From contig JBKBRF010000016.1 in NCBI GenBank assembly GCA_046292385.1, forward strand, positions 1 through 64,000: a stretch of 64,000 nt of DNA, written 5' to 3'. The translations under genes and the position numbers were made by a program. Source of the stretch: Armatimonadota bacterium. Its GTDB lineage: Bacteria; Armatimonadota; SYMT01. The notes beneath the pieces are model-generated. The model ran no database searches. It saw nothing but the letters and a program-made list of their open reading frames with translations, and was not told the origin of the DNA. Below are positions 29,998-38,774 of this stretch, one piece after another; position 1 is the first letter of the stretch; each line of letters starts with the position of its first letter.

Positions 29998-31043
29998 ATG
30001 CGCCGCCGCCGTCTCCTCGGATTGTCCGCTGCCCTGGTGGTGGTGATCGGTGCCGCCTGGGTGATGCGGATCGTTCTGAGCCCGCCGCGTCGCCTGCAGG
30101 TGCTCTCCTCGCGAGGCGGGCCCGGCGTCTTTCACTCGGGTCTTGCGGAGGCGCTCTTCTCCCCCGATAGCCGGTATCTGCTCACGAGGGTCTTGGAGAC
30201 CAACCGCAGCGGGGTTTTTCAGGATCTTTGACCGTCTGGGGCACGCGCGACTGGCAGCCGCTCCAGCGGCTCCCGAAGGTGTTCGCCGTCGGCGGCTTCA
30301 CGCAGGACGGAAAGCAGCTCCTCACCTCCGATGCGCGCGGCGGGACCCAGCTCTGGGACGGTCTCAGCTTCCGGTCATCGCGGACCGTGACCCCGGCGTC
30401 GGAGCCGGAAGACGAGTCCGCATTCTCTACTCCATCGAACTCCATCTCGCCCGATGGCCAGCGAATCGCGACTGGCTGCTCATCATTCAGCGCCTACCCA
30501 GACCTGACCCTCTGGAGCACTGCCACAGGGAAGCCGGTCGTCCGACGGCCGTTCATCGATCGCGTGCTCCGCTTTTCCCCGAACTCCGCGCTCCTGGCGT
30601 GCGAGATGCAAGACATCGGCATCGTGATCCTCGACGCCGCGACCGCCCGGCAAGTCCACGTCATCCACAGTAACTGGCTCGTCTTCACTCCGGATGGCAA
30701 GGCAGCGATCAGCGAGGACCGTGACGGCATCGCCTATTGGAACACCCGCACCTGGAAGATCGAGCGGCGGCTCACCCCACGCGGCGGCGGGGCTTTCGAA
30801 GCAGCGATCTCCGGGGACGGACAGATCCTGGCGATCGCGACCGACTCCGGAGTTCGGCTTCTCGACGCCGGCAGCGGACTGGAGTTGATGGTCATCACCG
30901 GCTCCGACAGCCGCGAGCAGCTCACCTTTTCACCAGACGGCACGATGCTTGCCATAACCCGGGATCGCCAGGTCGAGATCTGGCAGGTCCCACCCCGCTG
31001 GCAGCTGCTGCTGCGCGCCATCCTGAGGGGGCCGGATCGATAG
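29998..31043 (+). pseudogene. WD40-repeat protein split by a frameshift near 30210-30230
   Basis: ORF 29998-30231 (TM + ALFSPDSRYL) continues in the -1 frame as 30228-31043 (ISPDG, FSPNS, FTPDG, FSPDG repeats). Confidence 0.65.
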
Positions 31044-31067
31044 CGAACACGCGGATTTGCTACAGCC

Positions 31068-31673
31068 CTAAGGTCGTTCGGTCGAGCCGGTGCGATGGAC
31101 GCTGCAGGTCATTCGGGGGGAATGCTGCGCGCCGGCGCGCAGCAGGAGCCTGGCGTTTCGTCCGGTGACGTCCAGACGGCACGCGGCGTCGAGCGGGGTG
31201 ACGCCTTCCGGGTCGGCGAGGTTCACATCGGCTCCGGCGTCGATCAGGATCCGGATCACCTCCCGTGACTTCTGTCCGGCTGCCCAGAAGAGCGGCGTCT
31301 GCCCGTACGTGTCGATCACGTTAACGTCCGCACCCAGCTCGAGAAGCGCGCGGAGGGTCAGAGGGAGCTGGCGCTCCACGGCCGCGTGCAGGGCCGTCGT
31401 TCTGGTAGGGTCCTCATGGGGATCACGAGAATCGATCACTACATGAAGTGAGAACGGGCTTGTAGTGAGCCCATCCGGCACGGCTCCGCGCCGCACGAGA
31501 TCCGCCGCCCGTCTGGCGAGTTCCCGATCGGGGCCTCGTTCCCAATAGAGCATGTCAACGAGTTCCGCGGTGGCATCATCGCTAAAGAAGTCGTTGCAAG
31601 CCCGCGTACACGAGCCGACACCCGACAGCACGAGCAGAAGACCTCCGATCAGCCCAAGGGCGCGGCGGGTCAC
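31068..31673 (-). CDS. Ankyrin repeat protein, exported
   Basis: TALHAA..GADVN..GQTPLFWAA..GADVN..GVTPLD; N-terminal signal with possible lipobox. Confidence 0.85.
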   Translation of the reverse strand: MTRRALGLIGGLLLVLSGVGSCTRACNDFFSDDATAELVDMLYWERGPDRELARRAADLVRRGAVPDGLTTSPFSLHVVIDSRDPHEDPTRTTALHAAVERQLPLTLRALLELGADVNVIDTYGQTPLFWAAGQKSREVIRILIDAGADVNLADPEGVTPLDAACRLDVTGRNARLLLRAGAQHSPRMTCSVHRTGSTERP

Positions 31674-31837
31674 AGGTCAGAATCCTCTCCGTAGCCGTCC
31701 GGCGGGGTCCACTCGTCAGCTGTTGCGCGCTACCGTCCGAAGCTCCTCTTTGATGTGGGTCGTTCGTTTTCTCCGGCGGGTGCCCGGGTAAGTGCTAGCG
31801 GCGCTCCATCCTCTGGGGCGCCGGAGGGGAAGCGCCG

Positions 31838-32116
31838 ATGAATCCGTGGGTCCAGGGTGGCATTCTCTCGCTGGCGCTGGCGGTCGGGGTGGGCGCCGGC
31901 TGGCTTGCCGGGCGGACGCTGCGCCGGCGCTCCCCGAACGCCTGGGTTTCCACGCTAATCCTGCTGGCCGGCTCTCTCGGCGGACCGCTCGTCACCTACC
32001 GCCTGCTCGGGCCGGGGATCGTCTCCTACATCGCGGCGCTGCTCATCGCGGGTCTGGCCACCGGCTTCGTCTTCTGGCCGATGGGCGAGAAGCAGGGCGA
32101 GCGGGAGTGGCTGTAG
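31838..32116 (+). CDS. Small membrane protein (3 TM)
   Basis: 92-aa hydrophobic ORF with a purine-rich RBS. Confidence 0.6.
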   Translation: MNPWVQGGILSLALAVGVGAGWLAGRTLRRRSPNAWVSTLILLAGSLGGPLVTYRLLGPGIVSYIAALLIAGLATGFVFWPMGEKQGEREWL

Positions 32117-32119
32117 CTT

Positions 32120-32236
32120 TCGGAGACGGAGAGACAGAGGGACGGAGAGAGCTGCAAACGAGAGGCCGGCCCCGCTTAGCGCGCTTCAGCGTGCTTCAGG
32201 AGGTAGCAGCCGGGTCTTTCAGGGCCCGGTGTCGGG
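32120..32236. repeat. REP-like composite; inverted copy at ~41030-41153
   Basis: TTAGCGC.CTTCAG.GTGCTT..CAGCCGGGTC.TTCAGGGCCCGG.GTC shared, plus flanking GAGACGGA-type 8-mers. Confidence 0.75.
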
Positions 32237-32379
32237 AGCGGCCGCAGCCCTCGCGATCCGGCGAGGCCGTGCCGGAGCAGGAAGGTCGCCAGCGAGCAGG
32301 AGCAAGAGTAGGCGCAGGACCACCCGCTAACGGACGGTTCGGACTTTAGCCTTTAGCCTTCTGCCTTTAGCCTTCAGAG

Positions 32380-32982
32380 TCACCGTCCCCGCAGCGCGTC
32401 CCAAACGCTCACGCCCGCGTCCATCCGCCCGCGCATCCACATCCAGCTTGCCACGAGCTCGTCCCACGCGTACGGCACCATTGCCAGCGATATGGCGACG
32501 GAGACGAGGCAGAGCGTACACCAGGTGTCGTAGAGGGTCGGCTGCAGGATGAAGAGGGTGACGCTGGTGAGGCCGAACGGGATCACTGCGATGGCGAAGA
32601 CGATCACCACCCATGGCAGCCGCTTCCAGCGCGCGGTGCCGCCCATCAGGCCGAAGACGGCGTCGGCGAGATACCCCGCGGCGCCAAGGACCGCGTCCGG
32701 CACCGGCAGCACGTGGGAGACGCGGCCGGTCAGGATCCGGTGGCTTCCCTCGCCGAAGAACGGCTCCCAGATCGACGGGATCAGCTCGAGCTGAAAGAGG
32801 GAGAGCCAGGAAGCGACCAGGAAACCGACGAACGCGAGCACCACGATCGGCACGCGCTGGGCCCACGATGACGGGTTGTAGACCCACCCCGGAGGAGCGT
32901 CCTCTACCGGGTCTCGCCGGATCGGGACCTCTCGCTCTCTCGCCCTGCGGCGCACGCTGTCCATCTGGGTCCTGGCCTCCAC
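32380..32982 (-). CDS. Vitamin K epoxide reductase (VKOR) family membrane protein
   Basis: YNPSSWAQR, PVPDAVLG and WCTLCL (CxxC) in TM helices. Confidence 0.82.
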   Translation of the reverse strand: MEARTQMDSVRRRAREREVPIRRDPVEDAPPGWVYNPSSWAQRVPIVVLAFVGFLVASWLSLFQLELIPSIWEPFFGEGSHRILTGRVSHVLPVPDAVLGAAGYLADAVFGLMGGTARWKRLPWVVIVFAIAVIPFGLTSVTLFILQPTLYDTWCTLCLVSVAISLAMVPYAWDELVASWMWMRGRMDAGVSVWDALRGR

Positions 32983-33246
32983 TGCGCTCTTACCCGCGCC
33001 ATTCCCACCTCAAGCCGGCGTCTCCCCTGGCTGCGAGGCACCTACCGGCTCACCCTGTTGCGGTCTCCGTCCCTAGTCGGCTCCCAAGATCCTTCAGTTC
33101 ATCCCGGGTGGCAACTCCGCAGCGCCTCGCGGTCCGTCTCGCCTGCAGCCTTCCGTTTCCAGGCCGTGCGCGTGGGGAAGAGTGCGATAGAAGCCAGGTC
33201 GGTCGACCGCCAGGCTCGGCCGGAGAGAGCAGGAGCTGCGCAAAGC

Positions 33247-33699
33247 ATGAATTCAATTGTCGCTGGAGCCGTCGCCGGATTTCTCGCCACTGCGCCGATG
33301 ACCGCCGCGATGCTGGCGCTGCACCGGCTGGTGCCTCCGCCCGAGCGGGAGCCGCTGCCGCCGGAGGAGATCACCCAGGAGCTGGCCGCGCGAAGCGGCG
33401 CCGGGGAGCTGCCGGAGCCGGCGCTTAACGCCGCCACGGTTGCGGCCCACTTCGCCTACGGCGCCGCGGCGGGCGGAGTCTACGGCGCGCTCTCGCCGGA
33501 GGCGCGCCGCCGCCCCGTTGCCACCGGTATCGGCTTCGGGCTCGCGGTCTGGACGGTGAGCTACCTCGGGTGGCTGCCCGCTGGCGGCATCCTGGAGCCG
33601 GCGACCCGCCAGCCGGCGAGCGAGAACGCGCTGATGATCGCCTCGCACGTCGTCTGGGGCGCCATCACGGGAGCCCTGACCGACCGCCTGGCAGATTGA
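33247..33699 (+). CDS. DUF1440-like membrane protein
   Basis: GAVAGFLATAPMT, HFAYG, YLGWLP, SHVVWG. Confidence 0.7.
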   Translation: MNSIVAGAVAGFLATAPMTAAMLALHRLVPPPEREPLPPEEITQELAARSGAGELPEPALNAATVAAHFAYGAAAGGVYGALSPEARRRPVATGIGFGLAVWTVSYLGWLPAGGILEPATRQPASENALMIASHVVWGAITGALTDRLAD

Positions 33700-33861
33700 G
33701 CGGTCCCTTCCCCGGCCCGCGGGCTCCGTTTCCTCGCCCCGCGGCGGTGGGTATGACCTCTTCAGAAGAAGCTCGGTTGAGGTGAGGCCGAGCGAACGAG
33801 GCAGCCGGCTGCGGCAGACCAGGCCTGTTCGGTAAGGCTCGGAAGCAGCCGAGGGATTACT

Positions 33862-35829
33862 TTGGCAGCGTTGCCCACCGTCAACTGGCTGGTCGCTCCC
33901 GCCGACCGGGAGATCATCGCGCGCTGGACTCGCGGCGGCGCGGGGGCGCGACACGAGCTGGCGCTGCCGCCCCCGGCCGACCGCGAGCGGTTCTCGTTCC
34001 TGGTGCTGGGGGACACCGGCGACTCGGAGATCGCCGGCTCCGCGTACTCGCCGCAGGAGGCAGTGGCGCGGGAGCTGGTGCGCGACTGCCGCCTGCCGGA
34101 GACGGGCGGCGCGGCGGAGTACGTGCTGCATACCGGCGACGTGGTCTACATGGCGGGCGAGAAGCGGCTCTACGAGCGCAGCTTCCGGGTGCCGTACGCG
34201 CCGCTCCTCACGCCGGAGAGCACGGTCGAAAACCTCGTCTTTCGCCTCCCTTTTCTGCCGGTGCCCGGGAACCACGATTACTACGACTTCGCCGGCTGGG
34301 GCCGCCTGCTGGCGCGGGCGCCGGTGCTGGGGGCCGGCGTGCGGGCGCTGGCGCGGGAGCTATTCGCCTACAGCGTGCCTCGCGGCGGCTCCGGCATGGG
34401 GCGGAGCTACATGGAGGCGTTCCTCGACCCGGAGCCGAAGGCCGATCCCCTCCCCTATCGGCCGGGCGTGCGGACGCGGCTGCCGAACCGCTACTACCGC
34501 TTCACACTGGGGATCGCCGACTTCTTCGCGCTCGACTCCAACACGTTGAACTCCCCCGCGCCGCGGGACGCGGCGCGCACCCGCGAGGAGGCGAAGGCCG
34601 AGCAGCGGCGCCTGGAGCGCCGGGCGCGCGCCCTCCAGCGCGAGCTGGGGCGAGACGAGCGCGCCCTGGAGCGGTGGAAGGAAGGCTACCGGCAGCACGT
34701 GGCGGCGACACCGGCGGTGCGGAGCCGCGCCGCCGCGGCCACCCGTGCCGTGCACGAGGCACTTTCCCGCGCGGAGCTGGTGGCCGGAACCGCCGCGGGG
34801 TCCGAGCCAGGGTGCGGCACCGCCGCGGCGGCGATCCGGACGGCGCGGGAATGCTGGGGTGAGGGGGCGGAGCGGCTGGAGACCTCCCGCCGTACCACCG
34901 CGGCTTACGAGGCGCTGGAACAGCTCGCCCGGTCTGCGGCGGCGGTGACGGAGGCGCTGCGGGAGCTGGAGCGGTGCCAGAGCCGCCTTTCCGAGGGGGT
35001 GCTGCGCGCGGACGTGTCGCAATCGTGGGCCGCGGTGGATCAGGCGCTCTGCTGCTGGCGGGAGGAAGTGGACGGGCGCCCGCCGGAGGAGCTCTGCGCG
35101 CGGCTGCAGCGGCTCTCGCAGACGGCGCTCGACGTGCAGCGGGACCTCGCCCGCGAGCGGCGCCTGGCGAGCTACCGGGCGGAGGACTTTGACGCGGCCC
35201 AGCTCGCGTGGCTCGACGCGGCGCTGGAGGAGTCGGAGCGGGAGCGGCCGGGACACTGGCGGATCGTCTACCTGCACCACCCGCTCTACACCTCCATCGG
35301 CAACCACTGCGAGCACAGCGACGTGCAGGGCGTCCGCGAGAACCTGCTGCCGCTGCTCCGGGGGCGCGTGCACCTGCTGCTGAGCGGGCACTCGCACGCC
35401 TTCGAGTGGGTCCGGGCGGCGGCGCTGTCGGAGACGGGGCTGTTCATCACGGGGGGCGGTGGCCAGGTGACGCTCCGGCGCTCCGTCCTCGATCCGCGTC
35501 GACTGGCGCGGTACGGCGAGCGCTATCAGGCACTGCGGGCGGCTGGGGCTCTGGAGACCGCGGTAGCGGGAAGGGGTCCCGCGGCCGAGGACGGCGAGAG
35601 CGGCATGCTCTACCACTACCTGCGGGTAGAGGTGGAGCCGGAGCGGCTGCGAGTGGTGCCGATCGGCGTCCGCCGGCGGGCGGAGGGCTACCGGCGCGAA
35701 GAGCCGCTGCCGGTCTACCACGCGCCCTTCCTTCCGCCCGGGGCGCCGCCGCGGGAGCGGAGGTACTTGCAAGCGGTGGAGATCCGGCGGGGTGCGCCGC
35801 CCGCCGCGCTCTGGAGCCGGGGCGGATGA
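33862..35829 (+). CDS. Calcineurin-like metallophosphoesterase with long helical insertion
   Basis: LGDTG, HTGDVVY, PGNHDYY, LHHP and SGHSH motifs. Confidence 0.85.
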   Translation: MAALPTVNWLVAPADREIIARWTRGGAGARHELALPPPADRERFSFLVLGDTGDSEIAGSAYSPQEAVARELVRDCRLPETGGAAEYVLHTGDVVYMAGEKRLYERSFRVPYAPLLTPESTVENLVFRLPFLPVPGNHDYYDFAGWGRLLARAPVLGAGVRALARELFAYSVPRGGSGMGRSYMEAFLDPEPKADPLPYRPGVRTRLPNRYYRFTLGIADFFALDSNTLNSPAPRDAARTREEAKAEQRRLERRARALQRELGRDERALERWKEGYRQHVAATPAVRSRAAAATRAVHEALSRAELVAGTAAGSEPGCGTAAAAIRTARECWGEGAERLETSRRTTAAYEALEQLARSAAAVTEALRELERCQSRLSEGVLRADVSQSWAAVDQALCCWREEVDGRPPEELCARLQRLSQTALDVQRDLARERRLASYRAEDFDAAQLAWLDAALEESERERPGHWRIVYLHHPLYTSIGNHCEHSDVQGVRENLLPLLRGRVHLLLSGHSHAFEWVRAAALSETGLFITGGGGQVTLRRSVLDPRRLARYGERYQALRAAGALETAVAGRGPAAEDGESGMLYHYLRVEVEPERLRVVPIGVRRRAEGYRREEPLPVYHAPFLPPGAPPRERRYLQAVEIRRGAPPAALWSRGG

Positions 35830-36704
35830 ACGAGCTGCTGATCTTCGCGAACCGCCACGCCGGGGCGCTCTCACGCCTCGGCGGCCCGGCGCCGTTCGAG
35901 CGCTACGCGCGCGCCGCGGGGTTCGAGCCGCGGATCGTGTATACGCGCAACTCCGCCCATCTCCGGCGACTGCTGCGAGAGGAGGTGATTGGAAAGCACT
36001 CGCGGGTGGCGGTGGCCGGGGGCGACGGAACGATGCACTCGGTCGCCCAGGCGCTGGCCGGCACCGAGACCGCGCTCGGGGTGCTGCCCCAGGGCACTGC
36101 CAACAACTTCGCCACGGCGCTGCGGCTGCCGATGGACCTCCCCTCGGCCTTTCGCGTGATCGCGGAGAACCAGGTCCAGCCGGTCGATCTCGGCCAGATC
36201 GGCGACGAGTACTTCATCGAGGCGGCCGGCGTCGGCATCTTCGCGGACATGCTCGCGATCACCGGGGCGAGCCACCGCCTGCGAAACATCGTCCGCGCGA
36301 GCTGGGCCTTTCTCAAGATGATGCTCACCCGCCACAGCCGGCGGGTGCACCTGCTGATCGACGGGGAGCCGTTCGTGGAAGAGGCGTTAAGTGTTACCGT
36401 AGCCAACTCGTTCTGCGTCGGCTACAACCTGCCGATCGCTCCCCACGCGCGCCTCACCGACGGCAAGCTCGACCTGGTGGTGATCGAGGCGCTCGATCGT
36501 CACGAGTGGCTGCCGTACTACCGGGCGATCCGCGCGCAGGTCCACCCGGAGCTGCCGAAGATCCACTACACCCGCGCCCGTGAGGTGCGGATCAACGCCC
36601 GGAGACCGGTACTGGTCCACGTAGACGACCGCGCCTGGCGCCGCACCCCGGTCACGATCCGCGTCGTCCCCAAGGCGCTGAACGTACTCGTGGATCGCCT
36701 TTGA
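35826..36704 (+). CDS. Diacylglycerol kinase family lipid kinase (YegS/BmrU-like)
   Basis: AGGDGT, LPQGTANNFA, DGKLD; ATGA overlap. Confidence 0.9.
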   Translation: MNELLIFANRHAGALSRLGGPAPFERYARAAGFEPRIVYTRNSAHLRRLLREEVIGKHSRVAVAGGDGTMHSVAQALAGTETALGVLPQGTANNFATALRLPMDLPSAFRVIAENQVQPVDLGQIGDEYFIEAAGVGIFADMLAITGASHRLRNIVRASWAFLKMMLTRHSRRVHLLIDGEPFVEEALSVTVANSFCVGYNLPIAPHARLTDGKLDLVVIEALDRHEWLPYYRAIRAQVHPELPKIHYTRAREVRINARRPVLVHVDDRAWRRTPVTIRVVPKALNVLVDRL

Positions 36705-36707
36705 GGG

Positions 36708-36753
36708 TTTTTCGACACAGAGGGACGCAGATTGCACAGAAGAACCCACACAG
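36708..36753. repeat. Left arm of ~46-bp imperfect inverted repeat
   Basis: TTTTCGACACAGAGGGACGCAG..CACAGAAGAACCCACACAG is the reverse complement of 37632-37679. Confidence 0.8.
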
Positions 36754-36830
36754 CGCCGCTGATGCCGCAACCAAACTCACGGCGGCGGGAGAATGCTCGC
36801 TTAGTCGAGACCGTCATCGCTTCGGGAGTC

Positions 36831-37056
36831 CACCCCGCGCCCTCCCCACCCGGAGCGGCCCTGCCGCGTGGGTGGCCCTTCGCGGCCCTTTCACCCTCCG
36901 GCTGCGCCTCCGCTAGCGGGCGCTGCGGGCGTGCCCATCGGTTGGCTCCGCTCCGCGTTCGTGGCCTGCGGCAGTGGCGATGCGGCGACTCACGGGCCGC
37001 TCCGGGCGGCTCAAGCGACCACCCCTACCAGGGGTGGTCACAAGTGAACCCCTCCA
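36831..37056 (-). repeat. ~230-nt structured dispersed repeat, copy B (inverted)
   Basis: Reverse complement begins GGAGG..CTTGTGACCACCCCTGGTAGGGGTGGT and keeps the long-range stem. Confidence 0.8.
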
Positions 37057-37178
37057 GCCCTGCCTCCGGCAGCGCCTCCGGGCTTCGCAGATCCCTACGC
37101 CCGGGGCATCAAGCCGGTCGTGCTTGCACCGGCTTAAGACAACCCGACGGCGGCCAACCGTGCCCAAACCAGAGGCGC

Positions 37179-37406
37179 CCGGAGGGCGCCAGTTGTGACC
37201 ACCCCTGGCAGGGGTGGTAGCTCGAAGGGTCGGGAGGCAGCCCGTGAGCTCCCCTGTCGGCACGGGTAACGCTTCCTGGCGCGGGAAGAGCTTCTCGACG
37301 TGAGCTCCCGCAGCGGCCTGCTAACGGAGCGCAGCGGAGTGTGAAAAGGCCGCGGAGGGCCTTCGTCGCGGGAGGGCTGCCTCCCGGCACAAGGGCTCGG
37401 GGTCGG
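37179..37406 (+). repeat. ~230-nt structured dispersed repeat, copy C
   Basis: Aligns by eye to 274-503 and 63259-63484. Confidence 0.88.
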
Positions 37407-37631
37407 GTTTCGGGATCGAAGCTGCATCTCGCAGAGAAGCAAAACGCCTCGAGACTGGCCCCTCCCGCTTCGCACGGCCCACGCGCGATGACCGCCGGCG
37501 GATCTGCGCATCGCGGCAAGATCCTCGCGGTGAGTAGTACAAAAGAACCGGCACAGACGAGCCCTCGAGAAGGCCGCTCTCCCGGAACCGGTCCACGGTT
37601 CCGCAGGGCCGGCCCAGTCGTGGGTTCTAAT

Positions 37632-37679
37632 CTGTGTCGGTTCTTCTGTGTCCGAGCTGTGTCCCTCTGTGTCGGAAAA
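37632..37679. repeat. Right arm of ~46-bp imperfect inverted repeat
   Basis: Pairs with 36708-36753. Confidence 0.8.
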
Positions 37680-37688
37680 GCAGCGCGC

Positions 37689-38120
37689 CTAGCTTCCGGC
37701 GCTCGCTACGCTGCCCTCGAACTCGGTGTGCTCCGTAATCGCCGCTGCCAGCGCTTCGGGGTTCGTCTTCGCGGGATCGTACACCACCTCTACCGTCTGG
37801 GTGGTGACGTCTGCCTTCATCTTCTGGAATCCATCGACCCTGACCAGGGCCTTCTCCACCTTAGGCGGTCAGCCGGCCGGTCAGGTCATGCCCTTCGCGT
37901 TCAGGACTGCGGACTCCATTCCTTCCGGCACTTCCAGGGTGGTGGTGCTGGCGGTCTGCGTCGTGTTCGGCGTCTCCGAGGTCTCCGGCGTGTTCCCCGC
38001 GGGGGAGTTCGCCGCTGACGACTCGGAGGTCTGCGGCTGCTCGGTGGGAGCGCATCCCACCAGGCCGCCGAAGAGGATCGCCGCCGCGCCGAGTGCCAGC
38101 AGGGTCGAGCTCAATCGCAT
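37689..38120 (-). CDS. Predicted di-selenocysteine HMA (heavy-metal-associated) domain lipoprotein, 143 aa, motif GMT-U-PAG-U
   Basis: Lipobox LVGC; in-frame TGA at 37883-37881 and 37871-37869 at the two Cys positions of the HMA motif; frame continues PPKVEKALVRVDG..VEVVYDPAKTNPEAL..to TAG at 37691-37689; SECIS-like hairpin; selB in the window. Confidence 0.88.
37836..37851 (-). promoter_or_regulatory. Putative bacterial SECIS hairpin
   Basis: mRNA GGCCCU-GGUC-AGGGUC; first loop G at +24 from the second UGA and +36 from the first. Confidence 0.7.
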
Positions 38121-38222
38121 CGTTGCTCCTCTCTGCTTCGCGTCTCGTGTCAAACGAGCTTCCAAGAAGAGTTTACGAGCATTGGCAATTCTTATGACCC
38201 GGGCTGCGGGAGATCGGGAAGC

Positions 38223-38678
38223 TCACTGGTCGGAACGGGCGCCGGCCGGCTTCTCCTGCTCCACGTGCGCGGAGTCTCCGATGTGCTGACCGCCGCTCGG
38301 GTCGAGCTCTCCGGGGCTGCGGGAGATCGAGGCCTTCCGGCTCATCCTGGCGTTCAACGTCTGCAGGAGCAGCTCCGGATTGGTGCGCGCCGGGTCGTAC
38401 ACCACCCGGGCGGTCTCCCGCTCCAGGTCCGCCTTCAGCCCCTTGTAGCCGTCTACCCGCTCCAGGAGCAGCTCCACCCGCTCCGACTCCGCCTTCAGTC
38501 CCGGCACCTTCAACTCCACCACGGAGAGGCCGGGCAGCGTGTTGAGTGCTACGGGACCGGCCGCAGGCTCGGCGGCATTCACGCCCGGTGAGCCCTGAGA
38601 GACGCATCCGCCAAGAGCGGCGGCAGAGAGAACAGCGGCAGAGAGCACGGCAACGGCAAGGGGCTTCCGGAACGACAT
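38223..38678 (-). CDS. HMA-fold lipoprotein lacking the Cys motif (paralog of the selenoprotein)
   Basis: Lipobox LGGC; LKVPGL..RVDGYKGLKADL..VVYDPARTNPELL aligns with the downstream gene. Confidence 0.82.
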   Translation of the reverse strand: MSFRKPLAVAVLSAAVLSAAALGGCVSQGSPGVNAAEPAAGPVALNTLPGLSVVELKVPGLKAESERVELLLERVDGYKGLKADLERETARVVYDPARTNPELLLQTLNARMSRKASISRSPGELDPSGGQHIGDSAHVEQEKPAGARSDQ

Positions 38679-38774
38679 CCACTACTCCTTCGACGGGGGA
38701 ACTGCGCCCGCACGACCACGACCACCCATATAGAGGACGAGGCTGCCCTCCAGATACGTGGAGAAGTTGTGCCG

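Noticed and set aside
36705..37688. ORFs of 71-225 aa in the intergenic cassette
   Set aside because: Low-complexity translations of repeat DNA with no recognisable motifs.
37881..38165. 94-aa ORF taken as a complete protein or nonsense pseudogene
   Set aside because: Both TGAs coincide with the HMA Cys positions, the downstream frame matches the adjacent paralog, and a SECIS-like hairpin is present.
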